Shown in pieces: positions 23,647-37,539 of a stretch of DNA of 64,000 nt. The position numbers were made by a program, and so were the translations under genes. The DNA comes from Eledone cirrhosa. Its lineage: Eukaryota. The notes beneath the pieces were generated by a model that was given only the letters and a program-made list of their open reading frames with translations, was not told where the DNA came from and did not search any database. Numbering within the stretch: position 1 is the first letter of the stretch; each line of letters opens with the position of its first letter. Location: NCBI GenBank assembly GCA_964016885.1, contig OZ024740.1, forward strand, positions 389,980,001 to 390,044,000. Reading direction: 5' to 3'.

Positions 23647-23762
23647 ATAGGAACCAGTAAGACCCCGACAGCTGAGCTCAAGCCGTTTCGACGGCTAATT
23701 CTGGACTGAATTAGCCGTCGAAACGGCTTGAGCTCAGCTGTCGGGGTCTTACTGGTTCCTAT
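23647..23762. repeat. Perfect 55-bp-arm palindrome; inverted PLE pLTR with HHR 3' halves
   Basis: Arms 23647-23701 and 23708-23762; GAAA-CGGC-TTGAGCTCA-GCTG-TC in each arm. Confidence 0.85.
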
Positions 23763-24771
23763 TACCCACTCTACTACCTCAAGTATTGAGTACTTTGGTG
23801 CGTTATGGTCCACCTGGTTCCTTACCACATTTCCTTCGTTATATATATTGTTATATTGTTATACTTTGGGAGGGTCATGTTGCCAATAAGAAACATACGC
23901 ACCAGTTGCTTTCACTCCAATTTATTATAAATTAAATTTATAAATTTAAGAATTTATAAATTTCCGGTTGGTTGGTTGGTTCCTTAATATATATATATAA
24001 AGAACAAAATGGAGATGTTACGTACGAGATTTATTGTTCAATCCTTGTTTTAAATGTTTCCCAAAACAGCTGGCTTGTGATCCGGATTGAATCTTCAGAC
24101 CAGATTCCAGGATTGAGCAATATATCTCCTATGTAACTCATCCACTTTGTTCTCATTGGCAGTATCGGTAGAGGGTCGGACGCCATGCTTTGAGGCATAT
24201 AGTTACGGTTCTTGACACACACATACAAACGCATTCACACACACATACGCATACACACATATATACACATATATATATATATACATACATATATATACAT
24301 ACAGACACAAACACACACACATATATATACACACATATATACGTATATATATACATACATATATATACACACACACATATATATGCACATACACACACAC
24401 ACACACATATGAGCGTCCATACACACATATATAAACATGCGTACGTATTATACACATAAAATATGCGTAAATATGTAAATAAATACATGCCTACACCCTG
24501 GTATGCATAAATATATACAGATATGAATATACAAGTTCCAATCCATACATATATATATGCGAGGGTGGGTGGCTCTATGGGTACTGTTGTGTTGGTGGGA
24601 GAGAGGATGGCAGATGGTGGTGGTGTAGTGGGAATGAGTAAAAAGTATGAAGCAATGTAGTTTAAAATTAAAGAATTAGGTACGGTGAAGATTAATAAAA
24701 TGAATATTAAAACTCTACTTCGGTATTGAGTACTCTCTTCTCTCAGCCGTTAACCACATACGGATATATAT

Positions 24772-24996
24772 ATATTGAAAAGATAATAAGCACGATTGGT
24801 TACCCCTTCATTACAGTTATTGCTTGGTGACGCGCGTTTCGCCACTGATCAGCTCAAGGTTCGATCTGTGTCGATCTTACCCGACTCTGTAATCTGCAGC
24901 TCGACGGACCCCTTAAAATGCTAGTAGAAACACGTGTCACCAACCAATAAATGTAATGAAGGAGTAACCAATCGTCCTTGTTATCTGTTCAATATA
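24772..24996. repeat. Diverged inverted PLE pLTR pair with minimal HHR remnants
   Basis: ~70-bp imperfect arms; GAAAC-ACGT-GTC (+) and GAAAC-GCGC-GTC (-) palindromic helix III motifs. Confidence 0.7.
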
Positions 24997-25079
24997 ATAC
25001 ACTCTGTATAGCTCTACACCTCGACACAAAAGTGAACCTAAACATCGAGTGCATTGGTCTAATCAGTTTCTTACTCTAT

Positions 25080-25750
25080 CCCACAGTGGGAGAGGTGAGG
25101 CTGCACGCAGCGATGGTAGTACTCTATCAAGAATCTTTTTGCTGATAGAACCGATGTCCGAATGTGTGTGAGGTCGATTAGTCTAACTGACGGTTTGTTA
25201 AGGAAATTTCATTTGTGGTCCTTCAGGGTAAAGTGTTGGATCTTAAGGGTTCAGTTCGGTCATCTAGTTTAAGGGGCTTTGCTATCTCTTTTCCGACTAC
25301 ATTGGTCTCAGTCAAAGTCACCTCATTCACCTTTTTGTAAGTGGTTGTGATTGCATTTTTTGCCAGCTTCTTATAGGTCGGTAAGTCCACCTAACATACG
25401 TTTTTGGTTTTATCAGAGGAGACATGGAGATTGGGGGAACTTATGATCTCCAGCATTTCGTCTTTTAAATAAGCCTGGAATGGTGTGTTGGCTCTATGAA
25501 ATTTTATGTCTGATCAATTTCAAGAGGTCTTCCTCAAATGGTTCAAGTAGGCTGTTGGTGGGTGGTGTCTTATTCGTTTTGAAACCGAACTTTGGTAGAT
25601 GCTACATCAGGGTGGTCGAAGAAGAAGGCTCTCCATCTAATACACTTAATGAACTCGTCTGTACGTCTGATGAGTGTTTTTAAGTATTGCTTCCTTGGGG
25701 TGGATTGGGATATTCTTCAAGGAGATATCGAAATCAAGTTTGGTTAGCAT
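25080..25750 (-). pseudogene. Penelope-like element ORF N-terminus, Naiad-like, degenerate
   Basis: MLTKLDFDISLKNIPIHP, IRRTDEFIKCIRWRAFFF, GFKTNKTPP..LEPFEEDLLKLI, DKTKN..YKKLAKNAITTTYKK, FTLKDHK*NFLNKPSVRLI, SISKKILDRV. Confidence 0.85.
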
Positions 25751-26118
25751 GGTTTCTTGGTGATGGTTAAGAGGAGCCCAGTAAAGTGCTAAAAGATATG
25801 TTTATCCCGGGTTCAATATATATATATATATGAGTGTGTGTGTGTGTGTGTATGTGTGTGTGATTGTAGAACCTGACCATTTTTGCAGACCTCACCAATG
25901 AATAACCATTGTTTGCTTGGAATAAATGAACCTTAGAAATTAAGAGTGCCTCTCAGTGTAACTTTGTCTATAGCTACTTAGCTTGAATTTTTTCTGCCTT
26001 TGTTACTCTAAATATAGTTTTTAAATAATTCCCTTTTCTTTAAATCCATTAACCAATGATCACCACCCTTCCCTACCACCAGAAAAGGTATAAATACCAC
26101 CATATTATTTGGACAGTC

Positions 26119-26169
26119 GGCTTCCTGATGATTTCTCCCGAAAGAAACAGTTCTAGTCCTGTAGAAGCC
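26119..26169 (+). ncRNA. Compact type I hammerhead ribozyme in a PLE pLTR
   Basis: GGCTTC-CTGATGA-TTTC(TCCC)GAAA-GAA-ACAG(TTCTAGTC)CTGT-A/GAAGCC; partial copy at 26378-26420. Confidence 0.85.
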
Positions 26170-26176
26170 ATTTCTG

Positions 26177-26225
<49 letters not shown>

Positions 26226-26252
26226 GTTACCTCCGATTCAACCCGGAATAAC

Positions 26253-26334
<82 letters not shown>

Positions 26335-26433
26335 GTTACCTCCGATTCAACCCGGAATAACGTACTATATATATATATGATGATTTCTAATGAATGAAAC
26401 AGTTCTAGTCCTGTAGAATCTCATCTATATTAA

Positions 26434-26473
<40 letters not shown>

Positions 26474-26477
<4 letters not shown>

Positions 26478-26793
26478 ATACTTTGGGAGGGTCATGTTGC
26501 CAATAAGAAACACACGCACCAGTTGCTTTCACTTCAATTTATTATATATTTATAAATTTATAAATTTACAAATCTACAAACTTATAAATTTCTGGTTGGT
26601 TGGTTGGTTCCACAACCAGATAGTTGTTTATATATAGTCATAGTCCTTTCGTCACACACTCTGTGACCTCTTCAGTGAGTGGGGATTCCTTTCTTTGTTT
26701 CTGTGCCTTTCCTTTCTTCTATCCTACGCCATTTTGTTTCTGTGTGTGTGTTGTGTGCTCAGTTTGCGCATGCGCCACTCCCAAAGTATAACA
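26474..26793 (-). mobile_element. Solo LTR (partial copy at 23857-23985)
   Basis: TGTTATACTTTGGGAG..CTCCCAAAGTATAACA terminal inverted repeat, ATAT TSD, TATA and AATAAA on the minus strand. Confidence 0.7.
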
Positions 26794-26851
26794 ATATCGG
26801 TTTCAACACACGATTTCAGATAAAGAATCTTGCTAAACAAATTCAGAAACG

Positions 26852-26889
<38 letters not shown>

Positions 26890-27099
26890 TATGTTAAGGT
26901 ATTATAACATATATATTATGTATGATGATTATGTTTCTCAATGGAAAAGCTCAATGAACGTTTGCCCAGAGCATCAATAAATCAAATTAAAATATCTATA
27001 TCTCCTTATAATATATAACCAGCAATTTCTCTGTCTGTGTGTCCGACAGTGGAAACACGTGCGCGCGTGCGAATGTTTTTTGCGCACGCGACGCGTAGA

Positions 27100-27414
27100 G
27101 AGAGAGTGAGAGTGAAAGAAAGAGACAGACTACAAGAGGGGGATAGCGGGAGGGAGAGAGGGGGGAATTGAGGAGTGCTACTGAAACATATATACATTTC
27201 TGTGTGTGTGTAATATATATATATATACACACACAGAAATATATATACATTTCTGTGTGTGTAATATATATATATATATATACACACACAGAAATATATA
27301 TACATTTCTGTGTGTGTAATATATATATATATATATACACACACAGAAATATATATATATTTCCGTGTGTGTATATATATATATATTACACACACAGAAA
27401 TGTATATATATTTC

Positions 27415-27467
<53 letters not shown>

Positions 27468-27620
27468 CACACACAGAAATGTATATATATATATACACAC
27501 AGAAATATATATATACATCCCTTAGCTACTGTACTGTATCTGTTGCTATCTCTCTCTCTCTCTCCAGCTATCCCTCTCTTTTAGTCTGTCTGTTTCTCTC
27601 ACTCTCACTCTTTCTCTTTG
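27100..27620. repeat. Foldback with a palindromic CA/TA minisatellite (also at 28050-28292)
   Basis: CACACAGAAATATATATACATTTCTGTGTGTG units that switch orientation; outer ~60-bp inverted arms. Confidence 0.8.
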
Positions 27621-27751
27621 TAACACACTAACATTCCTCCCCTCTATCGCTGTGACGAATGGGGAGATGGAGGAGGAGGAGAGAGTCACTTCGTCACTTC
27701 ACCTCTGCCTTTTTTTCTCTCCCCTCTCACTCCCTCATTACGTACAGACAT

Positions 27752-27942
27752 TAGGGCGGTGGATTGGCAGAATCTGTAGAGAGTCGGACACCATGCTTCA
27801 TAGCATGGAGTTACGTCCCTTTACGGTCTGAGTTCAAATACCGCCGAGGTTAACTTTGCCTTTCATCCTCACGGGGTCGATAAAATAAAGTACCAGTAAT
27901 CTACTGGGTGATTGCTGGCCTTGTGCCAAAAGTAGAAACATT
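27752..27942 (+). mobile_element. tRNA-SINE, full length
   Basis: AGGGCGGTGGATTGGCAG..GAGTTCAAATACCGCCGAGG..; further copies at ~31480-31597, 36457-36645, 39672-39880, 43875-44020(-), 48826-48967(-), 49516-49613. Confidence 0.9.
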
Positions 27943-28176
27943 GCTTCATTTTTACATATCTAAGCATTAGTAAAATAACTAATAATTTCAAAAGTAATTT
28001 TTCAATTCCAATTGTTATGAACAGCAAAACATTAATAATAATTTTGTTCTAAGAAATATATATACATTTCTGTGTGTGTAATATATATATATATATACAC
28101 AGAAATATATATACATTTCTGTGTGTGTAATATATATATATACACACAGAAATATATATACATTTCTGTGTGTGTA

Positions 28177-28211
<35 letters not shown>

Positions 28212-28243
28212 CACACACAGAAATATATATACATTTCTGTGTG

Positions 28244-28284
<41 letters not shown>

Positions 28285-28543
28285 GAAATATATAGGCATT
28301 TCTCTGTTTGTCTGTCTGTCCTTCCCTAAAACTCAAATGTAGGTGCTACAGAAATATTACCTTCCCCTTCCTTTCTCCACTTTGGTACTACCAAGAGAAA
28401 CACTGTCGCTATAGAAACATTACCTTCCCCTCTCCACTGACTTTGGTCACTGAGGCCGAGGGAATCGCTGGTTGCTATAGAAACACCTTGCACAAGCCAG
28501 AAGTAACCAGTTCGAGGCGGTTCTGACTTGACACCATGCCAAG

Positions 28544-29085
28544 TCTACTTATAATATATAATGAGCATTTCTCTGTTTGTTTGTCTGTCTGTCCGTCTGT
28601 AAAAAATGCCAAGGAAACAAATAGACGCGGTTTCAAATCTCTATACTTTTCAAATTCATTACATTAATCTTTATTTATACGTTTCGCTTTACGAGTGTTT
28701 CGACTTACGAGTGTTTCGGCTTATCATTATATATAAACGTTTCTATTTCCATCGTTTTATCGTAAACGTTTATATATTTCCATCGTTTTATCGTAAACGT
28801 TTATATATTTCCATCGTTTTATCGTAAACGTTTATATATTTCCATCGTTATATCATAACGTTTATATTTCCGTCACTAATCTCTTTTTCTCGTTTTTCGT
28901 TTTAACATATATTTATTTCAAAGATTTCACCGTATAGATAACATATATTTATACATGCATAAAAGACACACCGAGAGACGGTGAACATGTGGTGCCGAAA
29001 ACATTTCTCATCCAAATCTCAACAATATCAGTATATACACTAGATTTTCTAGCAGAAAACCGCCCATCGGGTGGTTTTCTGCTAG
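28544..29085 (+). mobile_element. Non-autonomous Helitron 1, with an internal 30-bp tandem repeat
   Basis: 5' TC..ATATAA..(GTCT)n; 3' hairpin 29049-29085 ending CTAG. Confidence 0.65.
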
Positions 29086-29705
29086 TCTATATATATAAAA
29101 CTGAGGATGTATGTGTGTGTGTGTGTGTGTGTCTGTAAGTTTGAATCCCTAAAACTCGAGAAGTACTCAACCGATTTTTTTCATGTGTATTACTTATGTT
29201 TCAGGGAGTGTTATGCACATAAAAAAATTCAACTTTTTGATGCCCTAGGTGAAAAACTGCGTTTTTTCAGCGTTTTAGGTTTTTTTTTGAGGCGTTACGT
29301 CAAACCGATTTCCTTGAAATTGTAACTATGTATTAGTCAGTCTCTTCTTCATACGGTGAGCAAAGAAAATCCAACTTTTTTTTATAGCCTAGGTAAAAGA
29401 AATTCATTTTTTCAGCTTTTTAGGGCTTTTTTGAGGCGTTACGTCTAGCCGATTTCCCGAAATTTCAAAGCATATTATGCACATAAAAAAAAATCATTTT
29501 CTTGATCCCTTAGGGCCCGCTTTAGGTGAAAACCTGCATTTTTCCTGTTTCATCGAGGAAAATCTTAAAGATTATCCAGCCAACAGAGTATTTGGTTTAT
29601 TTTTTTTACATATTGTCCGGGCATGAAGTTTTTCCACGATTAGATCTGTTGGCGGCCCGCGTTCCAAAATACCTTATCCTGTGCAACGCCGGGTACCACT
29701 GCTAG
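29086..29705 (+). mobile_element. Non-autonomous Helitron 2
   Basis: 5' TCTATATATATAAAA plus (GT)n; 3' CAACGCCGGGTACCACTGCTAG|T. Confidence 0.7.
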
Positions 29706-31182
<1,477 letters not shown>

Positions 31183-33189
31183 TAAATAGATATATATATA
31201 GAGAAAGAGCCATATATCGTTTGAGAAACACAGTATTTTGTACACAAAGCACATAATATTTAGGAAAAAGTACATACTTTAAGGGTGATATATATATATA
31301 TATATATGTCTGTAACTTTAAAAAAATTTATATGCACACTATGCATTTCCTATCTGTCATAATACTTTCATTCTGTAAGCATTGCATTGCTGTATTTCTA
31401 TTCCTTTTTATTTATAATGTTATTATTATTATTATTTGTTTTTATTTGTTTTATTTATAATGTTATTATTTTTGTTTATTTGAGTTCAAATCCCACCGAG
31501 GTTAACTTTGCCTTTCATCCTTACGGGGTCGATAAAATAAAGTACCAGTAATACACTGAGGAAATTGCTGGCCTTGTGCCAAAAGTAGAAACAATTATTT
31601 TTTTTATTTGTAATTTGAATAAATAATTATATAAACCTGTAAAAAAAAAAATACAATAAGTTCGCCGTCTAATCACAAAGTCCTGAGTTCTAGCCCTACA
31701 TTTGTCGTTTAAATAGTTATTTCTCCAAGTTACATTTAATACTGTATATTAGTTGCACATAAATGCTAATTATTTATGTGATTATATCCTTCCACGTATC
31801 TGCAATAAACTATAGGGTTTCTCTTAAGCAAACCATTCATTTAGCAAAACGTAAATGTTCCAGTTGGTATGATTGTTCATATCTCCGGTAATCCAGGTAT
31901 ATATGGCAGGCCAATCCCGAACTCTAAAAATTAAATATGTCCAATGCTATTGTCGTCGTTATTGACAGCATGGGTCCACTAATTATTAATGATTACGCTC
32001 GTAAAAAAAACTGCGTAATAGCTTTAGGTATTAAATTTTTCAATATTTCGTTGGAGTAACTATTTCGTAAAATTGTTGTTACATTAAAACACGCCATACC
32101 GGTTTTTGTAAAAACAAACAAACAACCCCTCCATCCTGGAAGACCGTTATATCATAACAATCGTCAGGGAGGGAGTGTCATCATACGAAACTCCGCTCAA
32201 AACAGACTCAATCACTATAATTAATCACAGTGGCTTTTAAAAATAAACTACTTCATTCACTATTCGGAAATTAAATCAAGTCAGAATAACTAGTGATTTG
32301 AACCATAGGGTAGCCAACTGGATACAAAAAGAAATTATGCATCTATGAATGCATAAATGTTATTTCTTATCACATATATACTGTACAATCAGTCAGTTGC
32401 ATATTTTCCACTCATATCAACTAAAAAAAAAACTGCATATAAGGTTTATTCATACTAACCTTCTTTACCCTTTTCTTTCAATTCACTCTTTTTATTTTTA
32501 TATTCTCCCCCCCCCCCTCTCTCTCTCCTTCTGTGTCAGCTTTTCTTTTACTTTCCTCATCCCTTCACTTGTTTTTCTCTCTTTCAAGTTTACTCATTTC
32601 TATCACCCTGATTTTCTAAAATACTTCCCCTCTTCCTTTCGCTGTTTTACATCCACCTTCCTCTCTCTGTCTTCCATTCTTTTTCTTTCTTGTCTCTATT
32701 CCTTTCACTACTCCTTCGCTTATGTCTCTCTATCTGTCTGGGTTTTTTAGCCCCTTCGCTCTATTTTCATTTCTTTCCTTTTCTGCCACCATTTTCTTTT
32801 AGATTTCCTTTACTCTATATCAATTTTTATTAAATTCATGCTAAAACGATAATTCAAGAAAGGCAAGTTATTTTTTACATTACTCATTATTTTTGAGTTC
32901 ATTTTTAACTACGCCGTGATTCTCAAGATTACCACACCCGCGCGCACACACACATATATATTATATATACATACATAAACCCCCTTCTTTCTCTTTGCTA
33001 CGCACAATCTTTGTCTTACATAACTATCTATCTACATATTCCTTTTATCTCCCTCTCACTTTCTCTTACAATATGCACCCACACAGTTTCACATTAAATG
33101 AGGCTATTGTCATTTTAACTACCACCACCATCACCACCACTATCACCACCACTATCATCATTATGTTAATAAATCTTTTGTACAACTGT

Positions 33190-33337
33190 TGCTGTCACCT
33201 GAGCCAATCCAACCCCACGTGTTTATATATCTCTCTCTCTCTATTTATTCCCCTCCTTTCTATCACGTCAAACATATTTAGGATATTCTTCACGTTTCCA
33301 CGTAGTTCATCTCGATGTTTTACATTTAATCGTAAGT
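33190..33337 (+). promoter_or_regulatory. Candidate FASN promoter and non-coding first exon
   Basis: TCACCTGA, CCAAT at 33204, CACGTG at 33216, TTTATATA at 33222, GTAAGT donor at 33332, in a repeat-poor CpG-retaining region. Confidence 0.3.
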
Positions 33338-36300
33338 TAAGCACCTTTTTTTTTTTTTTTATAAAAAAAAAAAAGAACATTTATTTATGGCATCCTATAT
33401 TCGGCGTAACCAGAATGTTGTGCCAACCCCAAATGTTTTCTCATAACTTTCTTATTACAATTTTTATATAATTTTTACAGAGATTGTTGTCGGAAATGTA
33501 GATTACGAAAATTTAACGTAATCTATACCTTCGAAAAATATGTATTAAGGAAGTTATGAGGAACGAAGCCAAGGGAGGATTACTAAACTTGTTTTACATC
33601 CTGTATTTAATATATTTTTGTTACACACATTTCTGAAATACATCTATGTATACATTGGGTGGTGAATAAATCCTATTTTATCCCACTCCATCCTCAATTT
33701 AATGTCTCGATTTCATCAGAAATTTAAGGGTGGCATTCTTGCATCTTCTCTACTTTCGGTACAAGTAAAATGAAATATTTTCAAAACATTTTGTTTATTA
33801 TCTAGTTTTTATTTTACATTAAACCCCGTTCGTGCTATATTTTCTCTCATTCTTCTGTCGTCATCATATCGATTTTTTAGTTGCTTTACGTTTTCTTTGT
33901 ATATAATTGATTGAAGAAAACAATTTCCTGTTGCGGGAATGTATTTTATTTAGATATTAAAATATTATTTATTATAAGTTCTGCAATATGCTATTAAATC
34001 ATTCGTGATAATATTGTAAAAGCTACTATTATATGAGCATTAATCGTTATTTTATCAATACCATCATCTAATATTTAAAACCGTTTTCGATATTAATCTC
34101 CTGCGAATGCATTATCTATCTTCACTATTTGCATTATATATATATATATATGCGTACACATGCTTATTTCAAAGCATGTTCATATTTGGATGGAGGTGGA
34201 AATTTGCGGGATCTCCAACTCGAGATCTTACGTTTAATAATTAGTTTAACAAATACACTTGTATCCACTCTTGTGAATTGAATTTTCACCATAAAATAAA
34301 TAGGGTATTTTGGTTTGAAAGTGCATGATATAATTTCAATATCGTTGATAACCGTTATCACATTAAAAAAAAACAAAAACTGCTGGTGCCATCGATGGCT
34401 TTTATATTCTAGTACCACTGAAACTCCATTAGATAGGCGTTCTGTTCGAATCCGAACTCCTTAGCTGTTATAGGGAAAACAGGTGTCATGAAGGAACAGG
34501 GAATTGTTATTAGTAATGCTTTGGGATTAGGAAACGATGAAATACAGTAGTAATTCATCGCTTGGCAACTTTCCAGAGAAGATGAACTAGTTCATAACGC
34601 AAAAAAAACAAGACAGGTAATGAATGACAAGTAATGCCGGTGACAAAAATAAAACAAAAAAGAACGGCATTATTTCAAGCAAGATAGAGGCTATGTCCTG
34701 TTTATATGTTTCATCTCCTTTTTTTATTTTTCAAGCAAAGCATTACATTCTTGGTTGATGTTTTTCACTCTGTGCTTTCATTTTCCAGAAGAAAAAATAT
34801 CCTACTCCTAATGCAATTAATTGAAAGTTCTGAAAGATAGAATTTAGCTTTTGCTTTGAATATTGTATCGATTTAAAGACCGACAGTGTTAAAACCCCCT
34901 CTTCGAATATACGAGAGGAAAAATATAAGAAAGAACTTTTAAAATTTGATATTTTACATGGTTCACATTTTTACAGGGATTTTTAAATAAGATTTTTGTT
35001 TGTGAAAAAGTACGAGCGAATGTTAAATGTAAAGCTACTACTAGAATATTTGTTTTATTTAGTATTCATTTCACGAGATTGCATATTGCGTAGCGCCTAA
35101 ATGGAATTTGTTCTTTATTTTAATTACAAAACAAACCTTGTCTTTCAGCTATCAAATGGAAATAATATACCTTAGACATTTTTATCATTATGCAGGTCCT
35201 ATAAATTAAGCATAGCTAATTTTCATTGAATTTAGACGCTCTATACAGTTAATGTTAAACTATTTCTGAGTAGAAATTAGTATTCCGAAGTGAATATAAA
35301 TGCTTTCTTTCTTTCTTTCTCCGCAATTTAAGTATATTCAGTTCTGTTGTCTTTCATCAACTTCAACATATTAATTTCATTTTCACAGCTACTATTATAT
35401 AAGCCCGGCACAATGCAAATTAAGCTTCTTACCAACCGAACTGCCGGCAGAGGAATAACTGTATATTGATTGCCTCTATAAAGCCCCCTAACTTCATGTC
35501 TTGAAAATTCTAATCCGTTATGCTTCTCTATAATGTAAGAAACTATGTAATTATTCAAGATGTTAGCTTTATATAGTAATTACTGTGTAGATGACATCTA
35601 GTTTTAAGTATTTATATCTCATTCAGTACTTCGTTTCTTCGAGTTTAAATCGCCCATGTGTCAATAAATATACTGTTATTATGCAGAGTAGTTGCAGCTT
35701 TCTCTTAACGAATTGACATTGTCCTTAAACGTGTTACATTTTTTATTATTTCTTAAAATATTCTTGTTTTATTTTTAACATTCTTGAAAGGCACCGCCAA
35801 GAGTGTATTTAAGTTTACTCGGTTTCAGAGTCTTCGTAACTATTTCCTTTGACTTCATTTATGTCGCCATTTCTTCAACTTTTAATCAAACTGAGCTTCA
35901 TAAGTACGCAAGAAACGATTATATTATTGCATAACAAAATTCAGTCAGTGGAATGTGCTTTATGTCTATTAAAAAACAGTTTAACGTTTCGGGCGCTTGT
36001 TCTCCGGAAAGAGAGGAGAGGTGTGTGTGCTCTTATTAGTAGACTACACACAATTTTGCTGCCTAGTGATAAGATGAGCCCTTACATTTTTCTCTCTCCG
36101 GAGGGCAAGCATCCGAGTCGTTAGTTTACTGTCTTGTCGTGAGGAGTAAGAGAAGTCTGAACTTTTTGTTGGTACAGAACTTGAATACTTTCTTCTGAGT
36201 AAAAGTGGAGCTATTTATCTAATCGTATCGATACATCAGCTAATTTATTAACTTCTCTCTCACCCAATTTGTAGTCAGCATATCAAATTGAAATTTGCCA

Positions 36301-37539
36301 ACTCCCTTTTTAATGATGTCTTAATCTAAGAAACTCAATAAGCGCAGCTCACCAAGAATTTTACGGAGGTGGGAGGGACTGTATTGTGCGATTCGTGTAC
36401 TTGTTACATGTGAACATCTGACATTGTGATTCTTTATTTCTCTATTCTCTTCTTAGAGGGCAGTGAATTGGCAGTATCGGTAGAGGGTTGGACGCCATGC
36501 TTTCTAGCATAGTTACGTCCCTTTACGGTCCGAGTTCAAATCCTGTCGAGGTTAACTTTGCCTTTTATCCTTACGGAGTCGATAAAATAAAGTACCAGTA
36601 TGTACTGGATAATTGCTGGCCTTGTGCCAAAAGTAGAAACAATTATGATTCTCTATTTCCTCACCACTTTCCTCCTCCAATCCTGACATTATAATTCTTT
36701 ATTTCTCCGCACCGCCTTCCTCCTCCAAACCTGAAGCTATTTATGGCAACCATTGTCGTAAACTCACAGTGTTAATGCATTACGCGACTTTGGTTTGTCG
36801 TTTCACTCTACCCAGAATCGACCCAGTACTTTCTAAATGGTAATTTAATAATTACGGTCATTTTTTTATAGAGGATAATTTTCACTGATATTAAACATTT
36901 TTTGGAGTGTTTCATGCTGGGTTGTCGCGTTTAGATTATCATATCGACTCCAGTACTTACTTGGACCAAACGTGACATCAAACACAGCCAAAATATGGAT
37001 TAGAAAAGCATCTAAGTTCTATAATCATACGAAAAAATAAGCAATGCCGTATTCAACAGTTATGGGTTTTCAGAATTTACGCAACTTAGTTATTTTTGCT
37101 GAACCAAATACGAGATATATTTGTATGGAAAAATGTCCATGAATATTAACGAACGAAAGTATTGATTAATAAAAATATTATGCCCTTTTGATAATTTCCA
37201 ATTAAATTTGTAAAATTAAAGTACTTTATTCTTGTTATTTATAAGTCTAGTTTCACTTCGCATTTGGTTTTCGACCCGGTTTTCATCTTACTACTTGCAA
37301 TTACAAGTCACTGTAGTGTTTATGCCTATATAATTTGACGTCAGGCAATCAATTTCTTATGTTATCGACCGAACTATTTTACTGGTTTCAGTTAGCACCT
37401 TATTTTCATAGGCTAGATATAGATGTCCTAAATGTATATTTACACAACAAAAGTTCGATTATAGGAACGAAACGGAGGGTGGATGAAGCTTCGCAGTGTA
37501 TGCTCTGGATCAACAGTTACTATCTACTTAAGGCAATTT

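Noticed and set aside
25205-25230. In-frame TGA in the Naiad-like ORF as selenocysteine
   Set aside because: The position is not a Cys site, the copy has other stops and frameshifts, and no SECIS was identified
26640-26685. Minus-strand CTGAAGA-helix-GAAA HHR-like motif in the solo LTR
   Set aside because: Extra G before helix II and no helix I partner after a NUH site
32349-33471. Hydrophobic 133-aa and 158-aa ORFs
   Set aside because: Low-complexity pyrimidine and (ACC)n tracts with no recognisable domain
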